Made by a program: the position numbers and the translations under genes. Below, in pieces: positions 1 through 10,692 of a DNA stretch of 28,966 nucleotides. Location: contig DATFUN010000411.1 in NCBI GenBank assembly GCA_035260805.1, positions 1-28,966 on the forward strand, read 5' to 3'. The DNA is from Myxococcales bacterium. GTDB lineage: Bacteria > Myxococcota > Myxococcia > Myxococcales > 40CM-4-68-19. Numbering within the stretch: the stretch's first letter is position 1; each line of letters opens with the position of its first letter. The notes beneath the pieces are model-generated. The model saw only the letters and a program-made list of their open reading frames with translations. It did not search any database and had not been told where the DNA came from.

Positions 1-1
1 G

Positions 2-1027
2 CTCGCCGCCCACGTCGCGGCGATGGCCCCCTCCAGCAACATCGGCGCGGCGCACCCGGTGGACATCGTCGGGCGGACCGGGGCCGAGAAGAACACGGAA
101 GTCGATACGATGGCCAAGAAGATCGAGAACGACACCGCCGCGTTCGTCCACGGGATCGCCGAGCGCCGCTCGCGGAACGTGGACTGGGCGGAGAAGGCCG
201 TTCGCGAAAGCGTCTCCATCACGGCCAGCGAGGCGCTGCGGGAGAAGGTGATCGACCTGATCGCCGAGGACGTCCCGGAGCTGTTGCGGAAGATCGACGG
301 CCGCGAGGTGCATCTCGGCGGCGAAACCCGCCGGCTGCGCACCGCCGGCGCCGAGCTGCGCACGGTCGAATGGACGGTGCGCGACCGCGTGGTCCACGCG
401 CTCGCCGATCCGCAGATCGCCGTGCTCATCGGCCTGTTGGGCGTGATCGGCATCATGCTCGAGCTGTACCATCCGGGCACCATCGTCCCCGGCGTCGTCG
501 GCGCCGTCTGCCTCGTGATCGCGGGTGTCGCCTTCCAGATGTTGCCGGTCAACGTCGGGGCCCTGGCGCTCTGCATCCTCGGCGTAGGCCTGCTGGTCGC
601 GGAGATGTACGTGGGCGGCCATGGCTGGTTCATCGCCGCCGGCACCGTCTCCGTCATGATCGGCCTGCTGTTCCTCATCGGGCACACCGGCCGCGGCTTC
701 TGGGCCGACCCGGACTTCGGCCTGGGCTGGCGCGTGGTGATCCCGGTCGGCGCGGCGCTCGGCTTGATCAGCGCCACCCTGGTCTGGAAGTTCACCAGCA
801 GCGCGAGCCAGCCGCTCCAGTCCGGCGCGCCAGGTCTGCTCGGCGAGGAGGGCGAGGTGCGCGAGGCGATCGGCCCCGACGGAGGGCGCGTGCTCGTGCA
901 CGGCGAGCTCTGGTCGGCGCACGCGCCCGCGCCCATCCCGGAGGGCGCCCGCGTCCGGGTGGTGGGCGTCCGCGGCCTCACCGTCGAGGTGGTGCCGGTC
1001 GAGCATCAGCTCAAGGAGGTCACGTGA
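2..1027 (+). CDS. nfeD: NfeD-family membrane-bound serine protease (nodulation efficiency protein D type), 5'-truncated by the window edge
   Basis: Frame is open from base 2 ([20 protein letters not shown], typical NfeD ClpP-class segment). It has [24 protein letters not shown], several TM helices (ELYHPG..PGVVG) and a C-terminal OB-fold ([10 protein letters not shown]...V.V..V.GL..EV). It lies directly upstream of an SPFH gene. Confidence 0.9.
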   Translation, partial: LAAHVAAMAPSSNIGAAHPVDIVGRTGAEKNTEVDTMAKKIENDTAAFVHGIAERRSRNVDWAEKAVRESVSITASEALREKVIDLIAEDVPELLRKIDGREVHLGGETRRLRTAGAELRTVEWTVRDRVVHALADPQIAVLIGLLGVIGIMLELYHPGTIVPGVVGAVCLVIAGVAFQMLPVNVGALALCILGVGLLVAEMYVGGHGWFIAAGTVSVMIGLLFLIGHTGRGFWADPDFGLGWRVVIPVGAALGLISATLVWKFTSSASQPLQSGAPGLLGEEGEVREAIGPDGGRVLVHGELWSAHAPAPIPEGARVRVVGVRGLTVEVVPVEHQLKEVT

Positions 1028-1890
1028 GCCCCTTCTGGTTCTTCCTCGTCCCCGTCGGGCTCTGGTTCATCTCGGGGCTGCGCGTCATCCAGGAATACGA
1101 GGCAGGCGTGATCTTCCGCCTGGGCCGATTCGCCGAGGTGAAACGCGCCGGACTGAACTGGATCGTGCCCGGCCTCGACCGGATGGTGAAGGTGGACCTG
1201 CGCACCGTCACGCGCGACGTGCCGCCGCAAGACGTGATCACCCGTGACAACGTCAGCCTCAAGGTCAGCGCGGTCATCTACTTCCGGGTCATCGACGCGC
1301 AGCGCGCCATCATCCAGGTCGAGAACTTCCTCTACGCGACCTCGCAGCTCGCCCAGACCACGCTGCGCTCGACCCTGGGCAAGCTCGAGCTGGACGACCT
1401 GCTCGCGCAGCGGGAGAAGATCAACAAGGAGCTGCAGATCGTGCTCGACCTGCATACCGAGCCGTGGGGCATCAAGGTCACCGCCGTAGAGGTGAAGGCG
1501 ATCGACCTGCCCCCGGAGATGCAGCGGGCGATGGCGCGCCAGGCCGAGGCGGAGCGCGAGCGGCGCGCAAAGGTCATCGCCGCCGAAGGTGAGTACCAGG
1601 CCGCGGAGAAGCTGGGCATGGCGGCCGACGTCATCGACGCGCATCCGGCTGCGCTGCAGCTGCGGTATCTCCAGACCCTGGTCGAGATCAGCGCGGAGAA
1701 GGCGAGCACCACCATCTTCCCGGTGCCCATCGACCTCTTGCAGACGTTCCTCAACCACCGCGCGCCTCGAGAGCCGCCGCCCCGCGCACCCGCCCAGGTC
1801 GGTCCGCCCGCCACGCCGCAGCTCCATCCGCAGGCGCCGCAGCGCCCCCTGCCGCCGCGCACGTCTCCGCAGGGCGACCAGAATGAGTGA
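1024..1890 (+). CDS. SPFH/stomatin (slipin) family protein with Pro-rich C-terminal tail
   Basis: GTG start overlaps the nfeD stop (GTGA), SD AAGGAGG upstream. N-terminal hydrophobic anchor; motifs [65 protein letters not shown]. Confidence 0.93.
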   Translation: MSPFWFFLVPVGLWFISGLRVIQEYEAGVIFRLGRFAEVKRAGLNWIVPGLDRMVKVDLRTVTRDVPPQDVITRDNVSLKVSAVIYFRVIDAQRAIIQVENFLYATSQLAQTTLRSTLGKLELDDLLAQREKINKELQIVLDLHTEPWGIKVTAVEVKAIDLPPEMQRAMARQAEAERERRAKVIAAEGEYQAAEKLGMAADVIDAHPAALQLRYLQTLVEISAEKASTTIFPVPIDLLQTFLNHRAPREPPPRAPAQVGPPATPQLHPQAPQRPLPPRTSPQGDQNE

Positions 1891-2893
1891 CCCGTACGGC
1901 CTCCGCCGGGTGGTGCGCCCCAAGGGCGCGCTCCCGCAGCAGGCGGAGGTGCTCGATCCGCACCTTCCGCTGGGCCCGGACGAGCTGTCCATCGAGGTGG
2001 AGCGGCTCAACGTGGACGCAGCGAGCTTCCGCCAGCTCGCGCAGGAAGCCGGCGGCGACGCGCAGCGCATCTCCGCCCGGGTGGCCGCGATCGTGAGCGC
2101 TCGCGGCAAGATGCACAACCCGGTGACCGGCTCGGGCGGCATGCTCATCGGCCGCGTCGCCGAAGTCGGACCCGCGCACCCTGCCGCCTCGGAGCTGAAG
2201 CCGGGGGACCGCATCGCGACGCTCGTCTCCCTCACCTTGACTCCGCTGGCGCTGCAGGAGATCGAGCGCGTGCACCTCCGATCCGAGCGGCTCGACGTGC
2301 GCGGCCGCGCCATCCTCTTCGCCACCGGGATCTGGGCGCGCCTGCCGGAGGACCTGCCGGAAGCCGTCGCCCTGGCGGTGCTCGACGTCTGCGGGGCGCC
2401 GGCCTGGGTGGCCCGCCTGGCTCGTCCCGGCGAACGCGTCCTGGTGCTGGGCGCGGGGAAGAGCGGCTCGCTCGCCTGCGCGCAGGCACGCAAGAACGGC
2501 GCCCACGTCACCGCGCTCGACTACCGGCCCGAGGCGCCGCGGATGCTGGTGCACGAGCGACTCGCCGACGCCGCGATCGCGGTCGACGCCACCCAGCCGC
2601 TCGAGGTCTACGCCCGGGCGCGGGAGGCGGGCCTGTTCGACCTGGTGGTGAACTGCGCGAGCGTCCCGGGCACCGAGATGGGGAGCATCCTCGCCGCGCG
2701 CGACGGCGGGGAGGTCCTCTTCTTCAGCATGGCGACGAGCTTCACCGCGGCGGCGCTGGGCGCCGAGGGCGCTGGGAAGGACGTGCGCCTCACCATCGGA
2801 AACGGGTACGCGCGGGGCCACGCGGAGCTCGCGCTCGAGCTGCTCCGCTCGACTCCCGCGCTCCAGCGGCTGTTCGCGGCCCGCGTGGGATGA
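1883..2893 (+). CDS. kdd: L-erythro-3,5-diaminohexanoate dehydrogenase
   Basis: ATG at 1883. Motifs [83 protein letters not shown] are characteristic of Kdd. The other lysine-pathway genes are nearby. Confidence 0.9.
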   Translation: MSDPYGLRRVVRPKGALPQQAEVLDPHLPLGPDELSIEVERLNVDAASFRQLAQEAGGDAQRISARVAAIVSARGKMHNPVTGSGGMLIGRVAEVGPAHPAASELKPGDRIATLVSLTLTPLALQEIERVHLRSERLDVRGRAILFATGIWARLPEDLPEAVALAVLDVCGAPAWVARLARPGERVLVLGAGKSGSLACAQARKNGAHVTALDYRPEAPRMLVHERLADAAIAVDATQPLEVYARAREAGLFDLVVNCASVPGTEMGSILAARDGGEVLFFSMATSFTAAALGAEGAGKDVRLTIGNGYARGHAELALELLRSTPALQRLFAARVG

Positions 2894-3459
2894 GGCGAGC
2901 GGCCGCGATCGCGCTCGCCGGAGGCCGGAGCGCGCGCTTCGGTTCCGACAAGGCGCTGGCTTCGTTCCGCGGCGCGCCACTCCTCGCCGCGGTGCTGCGC
3001 GGCCTCCGGGCGGAGTTCCCGGAGGTGCTGGTGGTCGCCAAGCGCGCCGAGCCCTACGCAGGCTTCGGCGAGCGGATCGAGCTGGACCGCTCCGAGCTGT
3101 ACACGCCGCTGAGCGGGCTCGAAGCGGGGCTCGCCGCGAGCTCGGCCGAGGTGATGTTCTGCTGCGCGGCGGACATGCCGTTCGCGGCCGACGTCGCGCT
3201 GCTCGACGCGCTCTTCGCCGCGCTCGCCGGACACGACGCGGCGGTCCCGGTGCACGCGGGAGCGCGGCAGCCCCTCTGTGCGCTCTACCGGCGCGAGCCG
3301 TGCCTGCGCGCCGCTGCCGAGCTCCTGGCGCGCTCCGCCGTCGGCCCCAAGCGCCTGCTGGACACGGTGCGCACCGCCTTCGTGGATTGGCCCGAGGAGC
3401 GTCCGTTCCTCGACGCCGACACGCCGGCGCAGCTCGCGCGCCTCGAATCCGCCGGGTGA
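2890..3459 (+). CDS. mobA: Molybdenum cofactor guanylyltransferase (MobA-like nucleotidyltransferase)
   Basis: LAGGRSARFGSDKAL, PLSGLEAGL, ADMPF, QPLCALY, DADTP.L motifs. ATGA overlap with the kdd stop. Confidence 0.85.
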   Translation: MRRAAAIALAGGRSARFGSDKALASFRGAPLLAAVLRGLRAEFPEVLVVAKRAEPYAGFGERIELDRSELYTPLSGLEAGLAASSAEVMFCCAADMPFAADVALLDALFAALAGHDAAVPVHAGARQPLCALYRREPCLRAAAELLARSAVGPKRLLDTVRTAFVDWPEERPFLDADTPAQLARLESAG

Positions 3460-3473
3460 GGCGCGTCGCGGCT

Positions 3474-4091
3474 TCAGCCCCGCGCGGCGAGCGGAGGGAG
3501 CTCGTTCACGAACGCCACCTCGTCGAAGCCCAAGCCCAAGAACAGCGCGCGCAGCGACTGCTCGGCGGAGGCGCGCGCCCGGGCCTTGAGCACCTGGTCG
3601 GCTTCCACCTCACGCCCGAACGCGATGCGCGCCAGCTCGAAGAGCTGCGCCGTCTGCTTCGAGTCGAGGTTGGAGCCGATCACCTCCGTCTCGGCGGGCT
3701 TCAGCTCGACCTGCGCCTGCACCTTGGGCAGCACCACCTCGACCCGGCGCCCGCTGACGCGCAAGGAAGAGGCATCGAGCTTGGCGAGGTCGACCGCCAG
3801 ATGCGCCTCGGCGAAGACGATGGCCCTGCCCCGGGGCGGCCGCAAAGACCAGCTCGCCCACTGCACCAGGTCGCCCCAGACGGAGCCCGTCTCGCGCGGA
3901 TCGGGCGCGAAGGCCACCTTCTTGTAGAGGGACACGTCCAGCGTCTGCAGGCGCGCCACCTCTCGCACCTTGAGGACCAGCGCGGGAGCGTCCGGCAGCG
4001 GCGGCGGGCGATGGGTGAAGTGCCATACCGCCCCGGCGCCCAGCGCGGCGGCGAGGAGGCACGCGACGGCCGTCGCCGCGAGGGTTCGCAT
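3474..4091 (-). CDS. DUF4230-like single-anchor membrane protein
   Basis: Start MRTLAATAVACLLAAALGAG (hydrophobic anchor), then VREVARLQTLDVSLYKKV, AIVFAEAHLAVDLAKL, V.LPK, A.A.AEQSLRALFLGLGF..V, a pattern I associate with DUF4230. Confidence 0.65.
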   Translation of the reverse strand: MRTLAATAVACLLAAALGAGAVWHFTHRPPPLPDAPALVLKVREVARLQTLDVSLYKKVAFAPDPRETGSVWGDLVQWASWSLRPPRGRAIVFAEAHLAVDLAKLDASSLRVSGRRVEVVLPKVQAQVELKPAETEVIGSNLDSKQTAQLFELARIAFGREVEADQVLKARARASAEQSLRALFLGLGFDEVAFVNELPPLAARG

Positions 4092-4188
4092 GCAGCCGAA
4101 TGTACCGTAGGGCCGAGCCGCGGCAAGAACGGTGCCTTGCTCCCCTTCAGGGGGTAGGGTAGGTGCTGCGCTCTTTTGCGGAGGAGAC

Positions 4189-5802
4189 TTGGCGGAGCTG
4201 TTCGTCGAACCAGGGAAGGTCGTGCGCGCGCGGGAGCTGGCCCAGAAAGCCGCCCGCGGGGTGCAGTCCTTCATCGACCGGCACAGCACCGTCGCCATCG
4301 AGCGGACGGTGCTTCGGCTCCTCGGCATCGGAGGAGCGGGCGCGCGCGGGGCGCCGCTGGCGAATCTCCTGGTGGACAAGCTGCGCGATGCCAAGGTGCT
4401 GCACAAGGGCGCGGCGTGGTGGATGGGCCGCGCGCTCAAGGCGAGCCCGGGCCGCGATCCGCTGCAGGCGATCGAGCGCATCGCCGCGCGCCCCGAGAAG
4501 CTGCCGCCGCTCACGCCGGCTGAAGACGCAGAGCTGCGCGAGACCATCCGCGCCGATGCCCGGGCGGCTGCGCGCGAGCTGCGCGACAAGATCGAGAAGC
4601 GCAAGGAGCTCAAGCGCAGCCTCCAGGTCGGCAGCTTCCCCGGAGCGCCCTGGAAGTACGTGATCGTCGCCACCGGCAACATCCACGACGACGTGGAGCA
4701 GGCGCGGGCCGCGGCGCAGCAGGGCGCGGACGTGATCGCGGTGATCCGCAGCACGGCGCAGTCGCTGCTCGACTACGTGCCGCATGGCCCGACCACCGAG
4801 GGGTATGGAGGGACGTACGCCACGCAGGAGAACTTCCGGATCATGCGCGAGGCGCTCGACGAGGTCTCGCGCCAGCTCGGCCGCTACGTGCACCTGACCA
4901 ACTACTCGAGCGGGCTGTGCATGCCGGAGATCGCGTACATGGCCGCCGCGGAGCGGCTGGACATGCTGCTCAACGACGCGATGTACGGGATCCTCTTCCG
5001 CGACATCAACATGCAGCGGACCTTCTGCGACCAGTACTTCTCGCGGCGGATCTGCGCCTTCGCGGAGATCATCATCAACACCGGCGAGGACAACTACATC
5101 ACCACCGCCGATGCGGACGAGGCCGCGCACACCGTCATCGCCTCGCAGCTGGTCAACGAAGGCTTCGCGCACCTCGCCGGCATGCCGGAGGAGCTGATCG
5201 GCTTCGGCCACTCCTTCGAGATCGACCCGGCGCGCGAGGACACGCTCCTGCGCGAGTTCGCCATGGCGATGATGGTGCGCGAGCTGTTCCCGCGCAGCCC
5301 GATCAAGTACATGCCCCCGACCAAGCACAAGGAAGGGGACATCTTCTTCAGCCATGCGTACGACGTCATGTCCGACCTGGTGGCGATCTCCACGCGGCAG
5401 GGCATCCAGCTCCTCGGAATGATGACCGAGGCGATGCACAATCCCTTCTTGATGGACCGGTACGTGGCCCTGAAGGCGGCCTCGTACGTGTACCGGGCGG
5501 CACGGCATCTGGGGGACGAGATCTCCTTCAAGCCCGACGGGATCGTCGCCCGCAGGCAGCGCGAGGTGTTCGACAAGGCGCTCGCGCTGCTCGAGGAGGT
5601 CGCCAAGGACGGCATGATGGCGGCCATCGGGAAGGCGCGCTTCGGCGACACCGCGCGGACGGAGACGGGCGGGAAGGGCCTGGACGGCGTCTTCGAGCGC
5701 GCCCCCGACTACTTCAACCCGTTCCTGGAGATCCTCGAGTCCGATCGACGCGCCGAAGGCGCTTCCGGACGGGCCCCCCTGGGGGGCGAGGGCCAGGCGT
5801 GA
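4189..5802 (+). CDS. kamD: D-lysine/beta-lysine 5,6-aminomutase alpha subunit (PLP, TIM barrel)
   Basis: TTG start after SD GAGGAG. Motifs HSTVAIERTVLRLLGI, YVIVATGNIHDD..QA.AAA.QGADVIAVIRSTAQSLLDYVP.G.T.EGYGGTYATQENFR, TNYSSGLCMPEIA, LNDAMYGILFRDINM.RT..DQ.FSR, INTGEDNY, KYMPPTK. Confidence 0.95.
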   Translation: MAELFVEPGKVVRARELAQKAARGVQSFIDRHSTVAIERTVLRLLGIGGAGARGAPLANLLVDKLRDAKVLHKGAAWWMGRALKASPGRDPLQAIERIAARPEKLPPLTPAEDAELRETIRADARAAARELRDKIEKRKELKRSLQVGSFPGAPWKYVIVATGNIHDDVEQARAAAQQGADVIAVIRSTAQSLLDYVPHGPTTEGYGGTYATQENFRIMREALDEVSRQLGRYVHLTNYSSGLCMPEIAYMAAAERLDMLLNDAMYGILFRDINMQRTFCDQYFSRRICAFAEIIINTGEDNYITTADADEAAHTVIASQLVNEGFAHLAGMPEELIGFGHSFEIDPAREDTLLREFAMAMMVRELFPRSPIKYMPPTKHKEGDIFFSHAYDVMSDLVAISTRQGIQLLGMMTEAMHNPFLMDRYVALKAASYVYRAARHLGDEISFKPDGIVARRQREVFDKALALLEEVAKDGMMAAIGKARFGDTARTETGGKGLDGVFERAPDYFNPFLEILESDRRAEGASGRAPLGGEGQA

Positions 5803-6608
5803 GTGAGAAGCAGCTCATCCGGCCGTATGGCGATCGCAAGGACGACGGGGTCGTCCAGCTCTCCTTCGTACTGCCGGTTCCCGTCTCGGAGAAGGCCAAG
5901 GAAGCCGCCGCGCAGGTGGCCAAGAAGCTCGGCCTCTCGCACGTGCTGGTCGCCTCGATGGAGGCGGCGGGCGAGGACTACAGCTTCTTCGTCGTCTACG
6001 GCCGGACCCACCTGCAGCTCGACTACGGCGCGATCGAGGTGCCGGTCGTCGCCCACAGAAAGCACCCCTTCGACGAGCTGAACGACGTCATCGAGCGCGA
6101 CATCGGCCGCAAGATCGTGGTGGTCGGCGCCTGCATCGGCACCGATTCGCACACCACCGGGATCGACGCGATCATGAACATGAAGGGCTATGCCGGCGAC
6201 TACGGCCTGGAGCGCTACCGCATGTTCCGCGCGATCAATCTGGGGTCGCAGGTGGAGCCGCACGCGCTGGTCGAGAAGGCCCGGGAAGTCGAGGCCGACG
6301 CCGTGCTCGTCTCCAAGGTCGTCACCCAGCGCGACGTGCACAAGGAGGACGCGCGCACCCTGGTCGACGCCGCCAGGCAGGCGAGGATCTTCGACAAGAC
6401 CATCTGGATCTTCGGGGGGCCACGGGTCGACCACAAGACGGCGTTGGAGCTGGGCTTCGACGCGGGATTCGGGCCCGGCACCAAGCCCAGCGACGTCGCG
6501 AATTACATCTATTATCGTCTACTCGAGCGACAGGGGCGCGCCCCGGCGCCGCAGCCGACCGCGCACGGGACCCCCGATGCGACCATCCAGGGGGCGGAGA
6601 AGCCATGA
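5799..6608 (+). CDS. kamE: Lysine 5,6-aminomutase beta subunit (cobalamin-binding)
   Basis: GTGA overlap with kamD. Motifs [43 protein letters not shown] (DxH B12 motif), [26 protein letters not shown]. Confidence 0.95.
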   Translation: MSEKQLIRPYGDRKDDGVVQLSFVLPVPVSEKAKEAAAQVAKKLGLSHVLVASMEAAGEDYSFFVVYGRTHLQLDYGAIEVPVVAHRKHPFDELNDVIERDIGRKIVVVGACIGTDSHTTGIDAIMNMKGYAGDYGLERYRMFRAINLGSQVEPHALVEKAREVEADAVLVSKVVTQRDVHKEDARTLVDAARQARIFDKTIWIFGGPRVDHKTALELGFDAGFGPGTKPSDVANYIYYRLLERQGRAPAPQPTAHGTPDATIQGAEKP

Positions 6609-7009
6609 GCGGCGTCGGATTGAAGGCGCTCTTGCGCCTGCGGCTCGCAGCGCACGACGCGCACTACGGCGGCGGGCTGGTGGACGGCGCGCGGGTGCTC
6701 GGCCTGTTCGGCGACGCGGCGACGGAGCTGCTCGTCCGGCTGGACGGCGACGAGGGGCTGTTCCGCGCGTACGAGTCGGTCGAGTTCCTCGCGCCGCTGC
6801 GCGCGGGCGACTTCGTCGAGGTCGAGGGCGAGATCGTCTCGGTCGGGAAGACGAGCCGGAAGATGCGCTTCGAGGCGCGCAAGGTGATCGCGCCCCGCCC
6901 TGACCTCTCGGACTCGGCGGCGGACGTCCTCGCGGAGCCGGTCGTGGTGTGCCGGGCCGTGGGCACCTGCGTCACCCCGGCGGGCAAGCAGCGCAACCCT
7001 CGCCGCTGA
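6605..7009 (+). CDS. kal: 3-aminobutyryl-CoA ammonia-lyase (hotdog fold)
   Basis: [56 protein letters not shown]....[17 protein letters not shown] overlap with kamE. Confidence 0.92.
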   Translation: MSGVGLKALLRLRLAAHDAHYGGGLVDGARVLGLFGDAATELLVRLDGDEGLFRAYESVEFLAPLRAGDFVEVEGEIVSVGKTSRKMRFEARKVIAPRPDLSDSAADVLAEPVVVCRAVGTCVTPAGKQRNPRR

Positions 7010-7064
7010 CGCGGCCGCGCACGGATGCGCATCTTGCCGCCTGACCAAAACCAACGGAGGCGGT

Positions 7065-7496
7065 ATGCGCGTTCAGGAATTGCTCAAAGGAAACGTCGTC
7101 GCTGTTCGCTCCGATGCCAGCATCCAGGAGGTCGCCCGCAAGATGGCCGAGGAGGACATCGGCTTCCTGCCCGTCGTCGACGCGTCGGGCAAGGCGATCG
7201 GCACGCTGACTGACCGCGACATCGTCGTTCGGCTCATCGCCAAGGGCGGCGACGTCAAGAACGCCAAGGTCGATCAGGTGATGACCAGGGAGGTGGTCAG
7301 CATCCGGCCGGACGAAGACGTCCAGAAGGCGGCGGAGCTGATGCAGGAGCGGAAGATCTCGCGCGTCCTGGTCTGCGATCAGAACGGCAAGCCCCTGGGA
7401 GTGATCAGCCTGGGGGACCTGGCCGAGCGGCACGAGGAGGGCGAGGTCGGCCGCACGGTCAAGGAGGTCAAGGAAGGCTCTTCACTCACCCACTGA
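7065..7496 (+). CDS. Stand-alone tandem CBS domain protein
   Basis: SD GGAGG. Two CBS repeats (IGFLPVVD..G..IGTLTDRDIVVR; VMT..V..I.PDEDV..AAELM....ISRVLV....G..LGVISLGDL). Confidence 0.9.
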   Translation: MRVQELLKGNVVAVRSDASIQEVARKMAEEDIGFLPVVDASGKAIGTLTDRDIVVRLIAKGGDVKNAKVDQVMTREVVSIRPDEDVQKAAELMQERKISRVLVCDQNGKPLGVISLGDLAERHEEGEVGRTVKEVKEGSSLTH

Positions 7497-7530
7497 GCGA
7501 AGCTCCGGCCGGCGGGGTAGGATCCGGCCC

Positions 7531-8358
7531 ATGCCGGCTACCCCCGCCATCCTGACCGCGGCGATCTGCGGCGCGGAAACCACCCGCCAGCAGACGCCGT
7601 ATCTGCCCATCACCGCTGACGAGCTGGCAGCGGAGGCAGAGCGTTGCGCGCAGGCGGGCGCATCGGTCATCCACCTGCACGTGCGCAACGACGACGGGAG
7701 CCCCACCCAGGACCGGGCGCTGTTCGAGAAGGCGATCCGGGCCATCCGCGGACGCTGCGGGGTGATCGTCCAGACCACCACCGGCGGTGCGGTGGGCATG
7801 AGCGCCGAGGAGCGCGCGCAGCCCCTTCTCTGCGACCCGGAGATGGCGACGCTCAACGCCGGCTCGCTGAACTTCGGCGACGACGTGTTCCTGAATCCGT
7901 TCCCGATGGTGCGCGAGTTCGCCCGGCGCATGCGCGAGCGCGCCATCGTCCCCGAGCTGGAATGCTACGACGCGGGGCACGTGGAGAGCTGCCTCGCGCT
8001 TGCCAAGGAGGGGGTCATCGACCTGCCGGCGCATTTCGACTTCGTCCTCGGCGTGCGCGGCGGGCTGGGCGCCTCGGAAGAAAACCTCAGGTTCCTCCTC
8101 GGCAAGCTTCCGCAGGGGTGCAGCTTCAGCGTGGCCGGGATCGGCCGCCACCAGCTCCCCATGGCGGAGCTGTCGTTGCGCCTCGGCGGGCACGCGCGGT
8201 GCGGCCTGGAGGACAACGTCTACTCGTCCAAGGGCGTCCTGGCGAAGGGCTCCTACGAGCTGGTGGCGCGGCTCGCGCAGATGGCGCGCGAGGCCGGACG
8301 GAGCGTGGCCAGTCCCGCGCAAGCGCGCGAGCTGTTGCGCATCCGGCCCCGCGGTTAG
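7531..8358 (+). CDS. kce: 3-keto-5-aminohexanoate cleavage enzyme (BKACE family)
   Basis: TAAICGAETTRQQTPYLPIT..E, AGAS.IHLHVR..DG (Zn-binding HxH), QTTTGGAVGM, EMATLNAGSLNFG, PELECYD.G, FDFVLG, RCGLEDN. Confidence 0.92.
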   Translation: MPATPAILTAAICGAETTRQQTPYLPITADELAAEAERCAQAGASVIHLHVRNDDGSPTQDRALFEKAIRAIRGRCGVIVQTTTGGAVGMSAEERAQPLLCDPEMATLNAGSLNFGDDVFLNPFPMVREFARRMRERAIVPELECYDAGHVESCLALAKEGVIDLPAHFDFVLGVRGGLGASEENLRFLLGKLPQGCSFSVAGIGRHQLPMAELSLRLGGHARCGLEDNVYSSKGVLAKGSYELVARLAQMAREAGRSVASPAQARELLRIRPRG

Positions 8359-8369
8359 ACTCCGCGGCC

Positions 8370-10595
<2,226 letters not shown>

Positions 10596-10599
10596 AATC

Positions 10600-10687
10600 A
10601 AACAGATCACCGCGGAGGCGCGGAGAGCGCGGAGGAGTTTTTCAATCAATCAACTCCGCGTCCTCCGCGCCTCCGCGGTGATTGTTT
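10600..10687. repeat. Intergenic long inverted repeat with internal CGCGGAG reiterations (REP/MITE-like palindromic element)
   Basis: ATCACCGCGGAGGCGCGGAG (10606-10625) is the exact reverse complement of 10663-10682. After a 2-nt mismatch the arms pair for another 7 bp (10628-10634 / 10654-10660). Outer AAACA/TGTTT ends, AT-rich spacer. Confidence 0.9.
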
Positions 10688-10692
10688 GTCCC

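Noticed and set aside
4092-4188. Cobalamin riboswitch upstream of kamD
   Set aside because: The region is only 97 nt and lacks the B12-box and GGGAA/CCCGC core.
7024-7033. Perfect 10-bp palindrome GATGCGCATC upstream of the CBS gene
   Set aside because: Palindromes this short are expected many times by chance in 29 kb; no other support.
10600-10687. CRISPR array or IS terminal repeats
   Set aside because: Only one inverted pair, no direct repeat-spacer periodicity, no cas or transposase gene, and no clear target-site duplication.
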